IMG/VR virus record: IMGVR_UViG_3300005323_000002
Coordinates: 2,242 to 66,241 of that record
Direction: 5' to 3' (one strand)
Source: a virus
Length of the DNA: 64,000 bases
Below the pieces are notes generated by a model that saw only the letters and a program-made list of their open reading frames with translations, was not told the origin of the DNA and searched no databases. Position numbers and translations under genes: made by a program. Shown piece after piece: positions 1-9,515 of this stretch (positions within the stretch are counted from its first letter, which is position 1; every line of letters begins with the position of its first letter).

Positions 1-69
1 TCGGATAGAAGAAGGCCTGGACGTTGAGTGGCTGAGATCACTATCGACCTCTCCCCGGAAAAATGAAAA

Positions 70-468
70 ATGCTCGCCCAATGGCGTGCTGCAAAAACTG
101 CACCGCAGCCAAGTAATACAACGAGTGGGTTCAAGAGATCATCGACAGTGCACCAAATGGGGCCCTGGGAAGAACTATCAGAAAATGGTGGAGCGGCTGA
201 TATGACCAACCGTGACTCCGAGTCCCGGCGCGTCTATCGTGATCTGCTGCCCCTCATTCCTGCCGGTGAGTTCCGATCGGCTGATTTCATCGGCCAGATC
301 GAGAACGCGAGCCAGAGCAGGATCTCTGGCCAACTCATGCACATGGAGCACCGTGGTCTGCTGCTCTCCAGGAGAGTCAAGGAAAAGCGAGCGCGAGGGC
401 ACGGAGAGAAGCACGAGATCAAGATCTACAGGAGATCGGCGAGATTTCCACCAGGGGCAAAGGCATGA
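70..468 (+). CDS. Hypothetical protein, probable C-terminal winged HTH
   Basis: ORF coupled to the next gene (ATGA); segment ...SQSRISGQLMHMEHRGLL...IKIYRR resembles wHTH; start uncertain. Confidence 0.45.
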   Translation: MLAQWRAAKTAPQPSNTTSGFKRSSTVHQMGPWEELSENGGAADMTNRDSESRRVYRDLLPLIPAGEFRSADFIGQIENASQSRISGQLMHMEHRGLLLSRRVKEKRARGHGEKHEIKIYRRSARFPPGAKA

Positions 469-1106
469 GCCGCAAGACCTTCGACAGCTCGGAATACCAC
501 TGGGCGAGGGCCAACTTTGATGGCTATTGCCTCGGATGTGGAAAGAAGATCGGCTTCACCAAGGCACTCATTCTCACCAAGAGCGGATATTTGAGGAACT
601 CCGATCCGCCAAATAGCCTGATGTGTTGCGATCATAAATGTGAGGTGGCTTTCGTCGAGCGCACGGTCCTGGATTGGTCCAAGATCCGGGAACGAGTCAT
701 GGCGCGGGATTCCTACACCTGTCAGGATTGTGGTCGCAGCCGCGGCAGCACCACAACAATATTTCGATTTGTCAGGCGGTCCAATTTCCGACTCTCACAG
801 CCATTCCCAAAAGATCCCAGACGTTGGTGGAAATTCGTGGGACGCTCCGAGGTGGAAGTCCCCCTGGAGCTCGAGGTCCACCACATCATACCAATATCTG
901 AAGGTGGATCGGAGTTCGACCTCAACAACCTCGTTACGCTATGCTTCGATTGCCATCACCTGGGCCGGCACGGCTCTAAGGCCCCAACACCCGAAGAGAT
1001 AGCGGAGAAGAGGGTCGAGGAGCGCAGGAAAGCAGAGCAGGAAAGACTACAGGTCACGAGGGCCCGGCACAAATGCCTGGATAATTTTGCAGAGGTCGTG
1101 CCATGA
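465..1106 (+). CDS. HNH endonuclease
   Basis: IRERVMARDSYTCQDCG ... LEVHHIIPISEGGSEFDLNNLVTLCFDCH motif. Confidence 0.9.
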   Translation: MSRKTFDSSEYHWARANFDGYCLGCGKKIGFTKALILTKSGYLRNSDPPNSLMCCDHKCEVAFVERTVLDWSKIRERVMARDSYTCQDCGRSRGSTTTIFRFVRRSNFRLSQPFPKDPRRWWKFVGRSEVEVPLELEVHHIIPISEGGSEFDLNNLVTLCFDCHHLGRHGSKAPTPEEIAEKRVEERRKAEQERLQVTRARHKCLDNFAEVVP

Positions 1107-1239
1107 TTCGCATCACCCACCAGACGAGAGAGCGCGTCGTCCGGCCTCAGCCCATCCCGCACGTCCGGGCCCCTATCCATCCGCGGGTTTGGCGGGCCGA
1201 TATCGAAGCCGTGCACCGATTACTAAGGAGGTCTGGGAA

Positions 1240-1563
1240 ATGAGTCCAGAAAAATTTGAACTGCTGGTCAAAGACCGCATGGCGAAATGTGCCAAAGTTC
1301 TCGACCTAAAGGCGGGAGAATATGCTACCTCCGACAGGCTGCACAATTTCAAGGTGGCGGCGGCCTTGCAGGACATCGAGCCAGAGACGGCCCTCCTCGG
1401 CATGTGGGCGAAGCATATCGTTTCTGTGGTAGATATCATCTATGGCATCGAGCACCGGGGAGAGATCCCCTCAAAAGAGCTGCTATCTGAAAAGATAACT
1501 GATGTGATTAATTATGCCCACCTCTTAGAGGCTCTAATCGAGGAGCGGAGGGGGCTGGAATGA
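1240..1563 (+). CDS. Small all-alpha protein, nucleotide-modification-associated / MazG-like family
   Basis: K..EYA..DRLHNF...AKH...EKITDVINYAHLL pattern; SD AAGGAGG upstream of ATG 1240. Confidence 0.55.
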   Translation: MSPEKFELLVKDRMAKCAKVLDLKAGEYATSDRLHNFKVAAALQDIEPETALLGMWAKHIVSVVDIIYGIEHRGEIPSKELLSEKITDVINYAHLLEALIEERRGLE

Positions 1564-1898
1564 TCACTCTGAGGGAGGTCCTGATCCATCACCTCCGGGC
1601 AATGGGTGCAGATGGCTTGTGCAATCCCTATGCAGAATGTGGCTGTGGGTTAGACGACCTTGCGCCCCTGTGTGAGTGCCTCAACCTAGATGAGTGCATA
1701 CCTGCCCGGCATGTGGCAACATCTCCGGAATCTCACGCAATGTATGAGGAATTCCCGGAAGGCTATTATGTGCCGTTGCTGCCTGTTGCGTCGTTCGAAT
1801 CTGAGCGGCTATGGGAGGCCTACCAGGCCAACCAGACGTATGAGAACTGCTGCAGGTGGCTGAAGCATCGGGCTTGGATGCATCTGGAGGGCTACTAA
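1560..1898 (+). CDS. Cys-rich hypothetical protein
   Basis: ORF coupled at both ends; DGLCNP..ECGC..DDLAPLC. Confidence 0.6.
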   Translation: MITLREVLIHHLRAMGADGLCNPYAECGCGLDDLAPLCECLNLDECIPARHVATSPESHAMYEEFPEGYYVPLLPVASFESERLWEAYQANQTYENCCRWLKHRAWMHLEGY

Positions 1899-2770
1899 TG
1901 ATCACTCAGACGGCAACTTTCCAGGATGATCGTCACCTCGGCAAGGTGGGCCGCGGCAAGATCGCATTCGGCTGGTATGGTGGGAAGTTCAGCCACTTAT
2001 CATGGCTATTGCCACTGCTCCCAAAATGCCACCACTATATTGAGCCGTTTGGGGGATCCGGTGCAGTGCTCCTCAACCGAGTACCCTCGCCCGTGGAGAC
2101 TTACAACGACCTAAATGGCGATGTCGTAAACTTCTTCAAAGTGCTCAGAAACCAGGGCGAGGACCTCATCAGGATGCTATCATTCACACCTTTCAGTCGG
2201 GCCGAATATCTCGAGTCCCTGGATCCCGCCGAAGGTGCATCGGAGCTCGAGCGGGCTCGCCGATTCTATGTCAGAACGCGGCAGTCATTCTTTGGCCTCT
2301 CCGAAAGTGCGTCTCCTGGTCGTTGGGCCTATTGCAAGAATACATCCAGACAAGGCATGTCGTGCAGTGTTTCCAGATGGATCAATGGGATCCCGGGACT
2401 CGAGGAAATTGCTGGACGGTTGATGAGGGCACAGATCGAATGCCTGCCGGCGCTCGACTTAATCAAGAGGTACGACGATCCGGCAGCGCTCTTCTACGTA
2501 GATCCGCCCTATCACACAGCCGCCAGGAGCTGCAAGAAGGCATACGGCCAATTTGAGTTCACGGATGAGCAGCATGCGGAATTAGCCGAGGTCCTGCTCC
2601 ATTGCAAGGCCCATGTGGCCATATCGGGCTATTCCTGTCCCGATATGGATGATCTATACAGAGATTGGCATAAGTCCGAGGCACCTGCAAAGAGGATCAA
2701 TTCCTCAGTAAAGGGAGGGATCCGGACAGAATGTCTCTGGACTAACTACGAGGTGGTATCCGGATGGTAA
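1898..2770 (+). CDS. DNA adenine methyltransferase (Dam/D12 class)
   Basis: WYGGK, EPFGGSGAV, YNDLNGDVVNFF, FYVDPPY, C-terminal ECLWTNY. Confidence 0.93.
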   Translation: MITQTATFQDDRHLGKVGRGKIAFGWYGGKFSHLSWLLPLLPKCHHYIEPFGGSGAVLLNRVPSPVETYNDLNGDVVNFFKVLRNQGEDLIRMLSFTPFSRAEYLESLDPAEGASELERARRFYVRTRQSFFGLSESASPGRWAYCKNTSRQGMSCSVSRWINGIPGLEEIAGRLMRAQIECLPALDLIKRYDDPAALFYVDPPYHTAARSCKKAYGQFEFTDEQHAELAEVLLHCKAHVAISGYSCPDMDDLYRDWHKSEAPAKRINSSVKGGIRTECLWTNYEVVSGW

Positions 2771-3033
2771 TCTTCCAACTCCGTGAGCAGAAAATAGCCG
2801 CACTGGATTGCGCAACCGTCACTATCGCCCACCAGATCGAGCGGCAGACCGAGAAGGCAATCCTCCTGGCTGTAATCCATCGCTCACCGGCAGGCGAACG
2901 AAAGGTCTGCTATTGGTTTCCCAAAAGTCAGGTTAAGCTCGATGGAGCCCAACCGTTCGGAGAGATCAAGCCACAGGCATTCAAGCGGATCGAGATTCCG
3001 GACTGGCTATGGGACAAGAGGGCCGCAGTATGA
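2764..3033 (+). CDS. Hypothetical protein
   Basis: TEKAILL..WFPKSQV..IPDWL motif common in small viral proteins. Confidence 0.6.
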   Translation: MVIFQLREQKIAALDCATVTIAHQIERQTEKAILLAVIHRSPAGERKVCYWFPKSQVKLDGAQPFGEIKPQAFKRIEIPDWLWDKRAAV

Positions 3034-3270
3034 CTGCACTCGACGCTTTCTCATTATCTCCTGAAGATTGGGAAGATATTGAGGCTAGCTACGAAGCCGC
3101 ATTGTCTGAAGCATCGCCTGCGGCAGGGAAGGACTGGGATAGAGCAGAGCAGATGCTCGTATCCCTGCTGCAGAACACCACGCCCGAACAACAGAAATGG
3201 CTGGCCCTAGGCATCATGGTGGGCCGGGCAAGCGTCGGTACAGGTGGGCGCTAAAATTATGACAAAAAGA

Positions 3271-3325
3271 CCGCGTTCTCCGCATAGTCCGCATAGTCCG
3301 CATAGTCCGCAAGAAACATTTATAT
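3271..3325 (+). promoter_or_regulatory. Promoter with five 9-bp-periodic CCGC boxes followed by TATA (TTTATAT)
   Basis: CCGC at 3271, 3280, 3289, 3298, 3307; TATA 3319-3325; ATG at 3343/3349. Confidence 0.65.
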
Positions 3326-3342
3326 CATAACGGTGCGTACAC

Positions 3343-3492
3343 ATGAGTATGAAATCCGTGCTAGGTATAAGGTATATTACTGTACCTGTGACTGAGGAGG
3401 AGTTCGAAAAATTCAGTGCCGTAAAGGCAAAAGGTCAGACTTGGCGGCAGCTTCTCTTAGCCATTCTAACAGAAAAAGCCGAGGGTAAGTAA
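3343..3492 (+). CDS. Small ribbon-helix-helix-like regulator (49 aa, not in ORF track)
   Basis: MSMKSVLGIRYITVPVTEEEFEKFSAVKAKGQTWRQLLLAIL: strand plus two helices; directly after a TATA box. Confidence 0.55.
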   Translation: MSMKSVLGIRYITVPVTEEEFEKFSAVKAKGQTWRQLLLAILTEKAEGK

Positions 3493-3605
3493 AAGTTGCC
3501 CGCGTCCGGCTGGAACCGTTCGCAGGCAGGTTTGGAGTACAATATGGCTGTATCAATCAATATATTAGAAGATTTCTCCTCCGAGGGGCAATTTCAGGGA
3601 CGGGA

Positions 3606-3803
3606 TTGATGGCCGCAGATCTACCCCTTATCAATCTCAAGCCAGTTGACATTGATCCAGACGAGATTGAGAAATATGCGCTGCTCGATGAAATCGTGAG
3701 GGTCCAAGATGAAATAATCACAACACATCTGGAACTCCGCCGCCTCTCATCAGTTAACGAGAAGCTGAAGAAAAGGGCCAGAGAACTGGGGGCAAAGGTC
3801 TGA
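3606..3803 (+). CDS. Small coiled-coil protein
   Basis: Heptad-like C-terminus; TGATG coupling to the next gene. Confidence 0.55.
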   Translation: MMAADLPLINLKPVDIDPDEIEKYALLDEIVRVQDEIITTHLELRRLSSVNEKLKKRARELGAKV

Positions 3804-4438
3804 TGAGTTCTGGATTTGTCCGGGCTTCGGAATATTCCCCAGAAGATCGCCCGTTGGACGCGAGCATAATTCAATGGCAGGAATCTATAGTTGAGCGGCT
3901 AGACGCATTACAGGAGTCCTCAACCAGCCCCGACACGGAGCGCAGACTCAACGAGCTGGAACGCAGGGTCGCTGGATTGGCTACACTCTCGCCGGATGAG
4001 CGGCAAGGTTTGCGAGAGACGATTAACGATCTCCTAATAGAAACTCAGTCTCTGCGGGCAGACAATAATAAGCGGGCCAGAGAGATTGAGGACCTGAAGA
4101 AAGAAGCTTCTGAAGCAACTGAGGCTATTATAGAAATTCGAGAGCATTTCCCATCATTAATTGCATCGATAAATAAACGGGTATCCAAGCTTGAACATCC
4201 TGACAAAGTACTCAGCCAGGTCTCTCATGATCGTGCCAAAAAGATAGATAGGTACATGGAGGACAGGCCGGACCATAAAGCCAGCTACGAGGCGCTGAAG
4301 GGCTTCTTGGAAATTAATGATGTTTTGCTTAACTATTCTGTCGCAGCCTTGAAAATAGAGTTCCCTGACAAATATATCGTGACCAGGGACAAAGCAGATC
4401 ATCGAAAGAAATGGCTCCGGGAGGTCCCAAAAATATAG
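3803..4438 (+). CDS. Coiled-coil plus C-terminal wHTH-like protein
   Basis: Long heptad region, then a helical domain ending in a wing-like DKADHRKKWL. Confidence 0.6.
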   Translation: MSSGFVRASEYSPEDRPLDASIIQWQESIVERLDALQESSTSPDTERRLNELERRVAGLATLSPDERQGLRETINDLLIETQSLRADNNKRAREIEDLKKEASEATEAIIEIREHFPSLIASINKRVSKLEHPDKVLSQVSHDRAKKIDRYMEDRPDHKASYEALKGFLEINDVLLNYSVAALKIEFPDKYIVTRDKADHRKKWLREVPKI

Positions 4439-4637
4439 TTAAAATTTAACTAAACTATCTATCGTGGTCGGTAGATGGTGCCACTCTGAATAGGGTGAAA
4501 TTGAGCTAAATATCTCAATTTGATGGTCTTGGATTGTTAGTGATTAGATGTGGGTAGGAAAAAATAATAATGAAATAATAGCTTTACGCAGTAAGCTATA
4601 GACTCAAACGAAATAGTTTAGTTAAATTTTAACTATA
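4434..4637. repeat. Perfect 25-bp inverted repeat flanking an AT-rich spacer
   Basis: TATAGTTAAAATTTAACTAAACTAT (4434-4458) and its exact reverse complement (4613-4637). Confidence 0.95.
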
Positions 4638-4657
4638 ATTTGAATGGAGGATTCAAG

Positions 4658-5044
4658 ATGCAAATGCACGTAATTGCCACAACACAGGGGGACGACTGGA
4701 CCGGACCATATACGGATGTCCTCCTGCTAAAGAAGACTCTCGCAATCATCCAGAAGATCGATCCGGAAGCCGAGATCATCAGCCGGGAAACAGATCCTTT
4801 CCAGGTGCAGATCGAGGCTGGCCTGCAGCCCTTCCGGATTCATGTGGAGATCATCGGAGGAGAGCCACAGCTTCCCGCAACGGTGAGCCTCTGCTGGCCG
4901 CCTGCAGAGCAAGAAGGCATCCAGGAAGGGACACCAGAGGGCACGACGTATTTCATTTGGGGGAAGTCAGAAAAAGACGCATTGCTGCGGTTGGCCCGAA
5001 TCAATCGGGCTGCACCGCCAAAGATCATGGAGGCAGAGGCATGA
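4658..5044 (+). CDS. Hypothetical protein
   Basis: SD GGAGG before ATG 4658; ATGA coupling to the next gene. Confidence 0.65.
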   Translation: MQMHVIATTQGDDWTGPYTDVLLLKKTLAIIQKIDPEAEIISRETDPFQVQIEAGLQPFRIHVEIIGGEPQLPATVSLCWPPAEQEGIQEGTPEGTTYFIWGKSEKDALLRLARINRAAPPKIMEAEA

Positions 5045-5292
5045 CTAAACCGATACTTCTCTTAGAATTCGAGCTGTGCATTTACTCGGCCCGAAGTATT
5101 CAGCCAGGGGGCATTGAAGCCATGAAAGCATGGCTTATTCAGCATGGCTTTCCGATTCATCTCCTCTCCTTTCCAACCGAAAAACCGCCCGCGTTCCTGA
5201 CGATAGACGATCGTTGTGTGTGTTTCGAGGGAGAGTTCCCTCGGCCAGAGGCACTATTGAAGTTTCGGGCCTGGAACAAGCGAGGTGTCTAA
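5041..5292 (+). pseudogene. Internally deleted HAD-like phosphatase remnant
   Basis: Retains IYSAR, WL..HGF, EKPPA..TIDDR (HAD motifs II-IV) but lacks the DxD motif I. Confidence 0.45.
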
Positions 5293-5851
5293 GTTGAATC
5301 CCCCCCAAGTCGCCAAGGACTACGCCGCCGAGGAGGGCTTCGATTGCGCCATAACAGAAGACGGCATAGCCCACGTTTTCCATCCGCGCGGTGCAGCAAT
5401 GATCCTGCCGGATGGCCGGGTAGAATCAGAATCTAATCCTCGCCTGAAAGCAGTGCTGGAAAAGAAGATCGCCCAGGCCAGGGCCAAAGACGCCCAGCTC
5501 CAGGAGGACCCGTCAGGCCGGTGCACAGTCACATTCTCCGAAGAATACCTCAAGATGCCATTCGACGCCCCTGAGATGATGAATCCCGATAGGCCAACTA
5601 CTCTACTGGCAGTCTTCAAGGTCAAGCGGGCCCAGCTCTCGGCAGAATTCCTGGAATGGGATACCAAGTACCGGAACAAGCCCGGCAACTTCCCTCTACC
5701 GGCTGGCCAGGAGTTCCTCATCCTTATGCTCCTCACATCTGGCCAGCTCTGGACTACCATACGAGCAGCCTGGCCACCTGAGAAAGAGGAGTACTACCGC
5801 TCACATATTGGTGAGCCGATCAATATCGAAATCAAAGGGGGCAATGCATGA
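5285..5851 (+). CDS. Hypothetical protein
   Basis: 188-aa ORF in a coupled operon; start may be TTG 5294. Confidence 0.6.
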   Translation: MSKLNPPQVAKDYAAEEGFDCAITEDGIAHVFHPRGAAMILPDGRVESESNPRLKAVLEKKIAQARAKDAQLQEDPSGRCTVTFSEEYLKMPFDAPEMMNPDRPTTLLAVFKVKRAQLSAEFLEWDTKYRNKPGNFPLPAGQEFLILMLLTSGQLWTTIRAAWPPEKEEYYRSHIGEPINIEIKGGNA

Positions 5852-5996
5852 CCTGCCCCCCTTCTCGTTCCTATTCGGATACAACTACTTCCGGATTTCC
5901 CGTGCCGGACAAATGCCAACCACCTAAGCCCGAAGCAAAGCCGAAATCCAAGCTCACTGAAAAGAAGATCCAGAAGCTAATCAACAACAAGAGGTA

Positions 5997-7031
5997 ATGA
6001 TAATGTCCACAACTCCCGATACCCTCCTGAAAGCCATCTTCCCACCAGACGGCCAGACAGTCCCGCTCGATGTAGCTCGCAACTGGCCCGCCGTAGAACT
6101 TGCAGTCAATCAGCTCGCAGCAGCCATGAACGGAGAGCAGAACGACGCGCCTGCAGCGGGAAAAGCGGCCAGAACTCCAGAGTGGTATGCAGCCCGCAAC
6201 GAGCGGATATACAGGATCATGGATGAGAACCCCGAAGCACCAGCAAGAGAACTGGCCCGGCTGGCCGGAGTCTCAGAGGGCGTCATCAAGAATCTCTCCA
6301 GAAAGATACATCCGCGGAACGTCCGCAGGCCAGAAAACGGAAACGGCGATCATATCGTTGAAGCCGACGAGATGATCATGATCGAGCTGAAGCCGATCGA
6401 AAAGGCAGAGCACACCCAGGCCGGCGTTGCAGATGAGGCAACTACTCGGAATTCCCGAATAGTTGAAAAAACTGAAGAAGCGCAAATCCAGCTTAGGCCT
6501 GAAAAGGCCGAGACTCCAGCCGATCAGGGGCCGAAAAATGCTGAAATCCCGCAGGAATCGTCCTCTAACCTGCCCGAAACGCCCGCCCAGGACCAAACTC
6601 CAACTGTCCGGGAATCCCGGAATGTTGAAAAGATTTCAACTGTCTTGGACGTGGCCAATGGCCCCAAAATCCCCCACAGCGAGGACGACTTCATCATATC
6701 GCAGCGGGAATCCGGGAAGAAGTTCGCAGAAATTCTCGCAGCACTGCAGAAGAAAGGAATCGTCTGCAGTCATAAGGACGTAGAGAACCGCTATTATATC
6801 GAAAGAGGAAGACGCAACAAACCAGAGAACGGCAAGCCTCTCCCACGAACGGATAAGCCGCAATCTGATATCGTCGCTCTCTCTCGGCAGGAAATCGACG
6901 AATGGATGTGGAAGCTCTGGAAAGGCGGCATGTCACCTGACAAGATCTCAGAGCAGCTCGTCGGGGAAGGCTACCAGTACAGCGAGGCAGCAGTTCGCCG
7001 CAGGCTCTTGCAGCAGGGGGCCGATCTATGA
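5997..7031 (+). CDS. Multi-HTH protein with low-complexity linker
   Basis: ARELARLAGVSEGVI HTH; two further HTH-like segments at the C-terminus. Confidence 0.6.
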   Translation: MIMSTTPDTLLKAIFPPDGQTVPLDVARNWPAVELAVNQLAAAMNGEQNDAPAAGKAARTPEWYAARNERIYRIMDENPEAPARELARLAGVSEGVIKNLSRKIHPRNVRRPENGNGDHIVEADEMIMIELKPIEKAEHTQAGVADEATTRNSRIVEKTEEAQIQLRPEKAETPADQGPKNAEIPQESSSNLPETPAQDQTPTVRESRNVEKISTVLDVANGPKIPHSEDDFIISQRESGKKFAEILAALQKKGIVCSHKDVENRYYIERGRRNKPENGKPLPRTDKPQSDIVALSRQEIDEWMWKLWKGGMSPDKISEQLVGEGYQYSEAAVRRRLLQQGADL

Positions 7032-7231
7032 AGGGGGGTCGAGAAGTTGAGCGGAAAGAAGCCCTCGCTCATCTAACCTACTTCCAGGAGATGCTTTTCG
7101 CCCAGGAGCAAGCGGCCAGGAGAATGCAGGATAATATCAGGATCTGCAAGAAAAATGTCCAGGTCTGGGAAGGCCGCATAGCTAAGATGGAGCAGTCCGG
7201 CAGGCCGAAAGGCGAGAGGGGCGGCGCATGA
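7028..7231 (+). CDS. Small hypothetical protein
   Basis: ATGA coupling on both sides. Confidence 0.5.
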   Translation: MKGGREVERKEALAHLTYFQEMLFAQEQAARRMQDNIRICKKNVQVWEGRIAKMEQSGRPKGERGGA

Positions 7232-7428
7232 GCACACAAGACATGGTGCTCTGGATCATTGCAGCGTTCGGACCCATCAGGAGCAATGAGCTTTACAGAG
7301 GCACAGGACGCAACGATGCCACGGTATCGAGGGCGATCGCCTGTCTCAAGAAATCTGGTGAGATCGCTCCTCTGCCGATCAAGCACGGCGACGTGGCACG
7401 GGTTGGCCGCTGGTGGGTGACCCCATGA
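7228..7428 (+). CDS. Small winged-HTH protein
   Basis: GPIRSNELYRGTGRNDATVSRAIACLKKSGEI. Confidence 0.65.
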   Translation: MSTQDMVLWIIAAFGPIRSNELYRGTGRNDATVSRAIACLKKSGEIAPLPIKHGDVARVGRWWVTP

Positions 7429-7658
7429 AAGCCGATACACTAAAAGCTCTCCTGGCCGCACTGAGGCCGGGCGAGATTACCACCGTTCGGCAGATCTCTA
7501 CCAAGTGCGACACTGATCTTGAGCGGGCGCGAAAGTGGCTGGACGAGCTGGTCAGGGCCGGGGTGTGCGAAAAGACGATCGTCCGCTACCCTGGGGTGAA
7601 GCGTTACCCTGCGGTGCGGGCGAAAGTGGGCTGCGTCATTCGTTGGAGGCCACTATGA
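7425..7658 (+). CDS. Small winged-HTH protein
   Basis: TVRQISTKCDTDLERARKWLDELVRAGVCEK. Confidence 0.6.
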   Translation: MKADTLKALLAALRPGEITTVRQISTKCDTDLERARKWLDELVRAGVCEKTIVRYPGVKRYPAVRAKVGCVIRWRPL

Positions 7659-7882
7659 TCGTCACCTACGAGCGCCTCAGAGACCGGATCGAGGCCATTT
7701 TGCCGGATAACGAGGAGTTCGCCCGGTCAACGTGGGATCTGGCAATCTGGCTAGGGGCTACGCAAACCCAGATAGAGGATGCTCTGAAGGCACTGCTGAA
7801 GTTCAAGGCAGTCCGTCGCAAGCAAGATACGATCATCACCGAGTCGGGATGCATTCTTCGGTGGATGTGGTGGAGGGCCTGA
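7655..7882 (+). CDS. Small winged-HTH protein
   Basis: STWDLAIWLGATQTQIEDALKALLKFKAVRR. Confidence 0.55.
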   Translation: MIVTYERLRDRIEAILPDNEEFARSTWDLAIWLGATQTQIEDALKALLKFKAVRRKQDTIITESGCILRWMWWRA

Positions 7883-7883
7883 G

Positions 7884-8153
7884 ATGGTCCGATCATCTAC
7901 CATCCTGGCCGTATGGAATGCTCTGCCCGAGCATCCAACCCCCCTGAGAGACCTGGCCGAAGCCGTGAAGATGGAAAAGAATACCGTTCGGGACTGCCTC
8001 AATCTCCTCATTCACCTTGGCCTGGCCAAGAAGATCAATCACGAGGAAGCGAGAGCAAGCGACCACCGCGGCGGCTGGGTGCGGGTCGAATATCAGGCGA
8101 TTGCTGCCAAAACGACAGTAATCGATACGACAGCTATCGAAAGCAAAGAGTAA
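7884..8153 (+). CDS. Small winged-HTH protein
   Basis: PTPLRDLAEAVKMEKNTVRDCLNLLIHLGLA. Confidence 0.65.
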   Translation: MVRSSTILAVWNALPEHPTPLRDLAEAVKMEKNTVRDCLNLLIHLGLAKKINHEEARASDHRGGWVRVEYQAIAAKTTVIDTTAIESKE

Positions 8154-8180
8154 TATTTTTAGGAGGGCCAACTATGTGAT

Positions 8181-8615
8181 ATGCGCCGATCCAGTCGATT
8201 CCAGGGGAGGACAGCACACGCAACCCGATCGGCTCGGCAAGACTGTTTTTGGGATGCTGACATTGCAGCACTACACGACACCTCCGAAGGCATCATGACT
8301 CGCCAGGAGTACCTCATCAGGAAGCAGCGTATTGCTGATCCTAAACAGCAATTCTCCATGTACCTTGGCCCAACCAAGGGTTCTCGATTCGCCAGACGGG
8401 CGTGCTCGTGCGGGGGAAGAATTGCAGTCTGGCCGGATGGACGAGCGGTTTGCGACAATCCAAAATGCAGCACGGTGTTCAATGATGGGGGGAACACCGA
8501 GGGCTTTGTGCAAGTTACTTATCATTATTCGGATGGTAGAAAGGAAGCTGCCCCACCTCCTCGCAAAATGTACGATCGCAGCAACCGGGATTTCTACCGG
8601 GCTGCAAAGGCGTGA
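8181..8615 (+). CDS. Zinc-ribbon protein
   Basis: CSCGG...CDNPKC. Confidence 0.5.
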   Translation: MRRSSRFQGRTAHATRSARQDCFWDADIAALHDTSEGIMTRQEYLIRKQRIADPKQQFSMYLGPTKGSRFARRACSCGGRIAVWPDGRAVCDNPKCSTVFNDGGNTEGFVQVTYHYSDGRKEAAPPPRKMYDRSNRDFYRAAKA

Positions 8616-9168
8616 CCAGCACGGTTAAGCTGTGCATTATGACCACAGTATCTAATTTTCCATGTCCGACAAATCCCGAACCCGCACATTCTGGAGCGGC
8701 ACCAAGGGCCGCAACGCTGCTAGGGTAGCATTCCAGCAGTCTCAGGCACAACTCTCTGCCAGAATGGCCTCAGAGCGCGTGCAGGCGAAATACAAGGAGC
8801 TGAGGGAACGTGCCGACAGATCAGCCACAGGATCCGGAACTCAAGCCGAGCGAGAGGCCGCTGCTGAGGGCGAATCCTCTAAGCCCGCCTGAATACGGCG
8901 AAGGGCACAGGCCTCTGCCGAACCTGGCAGCGATAGTTGAGGCAGACGAGTTAAAAAAAGTCATGATGGCAAAATTTCAGAGTGAACAGGCACTCAAAAG
9001 GCGGGGAGCTATTGCTTCCTCGGTTCCTGCGAGCGTGTCCTGTTCAGACATACATCGCCGCACCCGCTGAGTTTCGGGGCGGCGATTGCGATGATACCCT
9101 ATATGACGGCTGCGCGCTCTGAATTCCGACCGCGGGGTGAGAGTACGCGGGATAAGCGCAGCCCTAGA

Positions 9169-9252
9169 GCAGAAGTGGCAGACCGGAAATGCGCTCGATT
9201 CGAAATCGAGTGCGCTGCAAGGCGCGAGTAGGTTCGATTCCTACCTTCTGCG
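9169..9252 (+). tRNA. tRNA-Ser(CGA)
   Basis: Acceptor GCAGAAG/CTTCTGC, anticodon stem CTCGA/TCGAG with loop TT-CGA-AA, long variable arm, T arm GTAGG-TTCGATT-CCTAC, G73, no encoded CCA. Confidence 0.9.
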
Positions 9253-9253
9253 T

Positions 9254-9377
9254 TGTGGCTAGACTGAGTAAACGGGCACGGATTCAGGCCCCGTGCTTCC
9301 TGAGCCTGTCAGGTAGGACGCAAGTCGAGTCCCACCACCGGGAAAAGCGTACCTAATATGCTGGTGGGGCAGCCACA
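9254..9377 (+). ncRNA. Putative multibranch structured RNA between the tRNAs
   Basis: Closing stem TGTGGCT/AGCCACA; internal hairpins GCACGG/CCGTGC, CCTGA/TCAGG, GAC-GCAA-GTC, CCCACCA/TGGTGGG. Confidence 0.5.
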
Positions 9378-9442
9378 TAACAATCATCCACTGCGGGATG
9401 CCAGACCAATGGGCCGGAGTGACGACCGGCCCCTTTCCTCCT

Positions 9443-9515
9443 GCCACACAAGCACAACCGGAAGTGCGCCCGGCCTGTAACCGGATGGCTGAGAGTTCGA
9501 GTCTCTCGTGTGGCT
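9443..9515 (+). tRNA. tRNA-Thr(TGT), non-canonical
   Basis: Acceptor GCCACAC/GTGTGGC, D stem GCAC/GTGC, anticodon loop CC-TGT-AA, T arm GAGAG-TTCGAGT-CTCTC, U73; A8 and C33 are atypical. Confidence 0.75.

Noticed and set aside
9254-9377. Selenocysteine or opal-suppressor tRNA (TTCA in a hairpin loop), or a theta/HDV ribozyme after tRNA-Ser
   Set aside because: No T arm and a 9-nt loop; the end-to-end closing stem does not fit the HDV nested pseudoknot.
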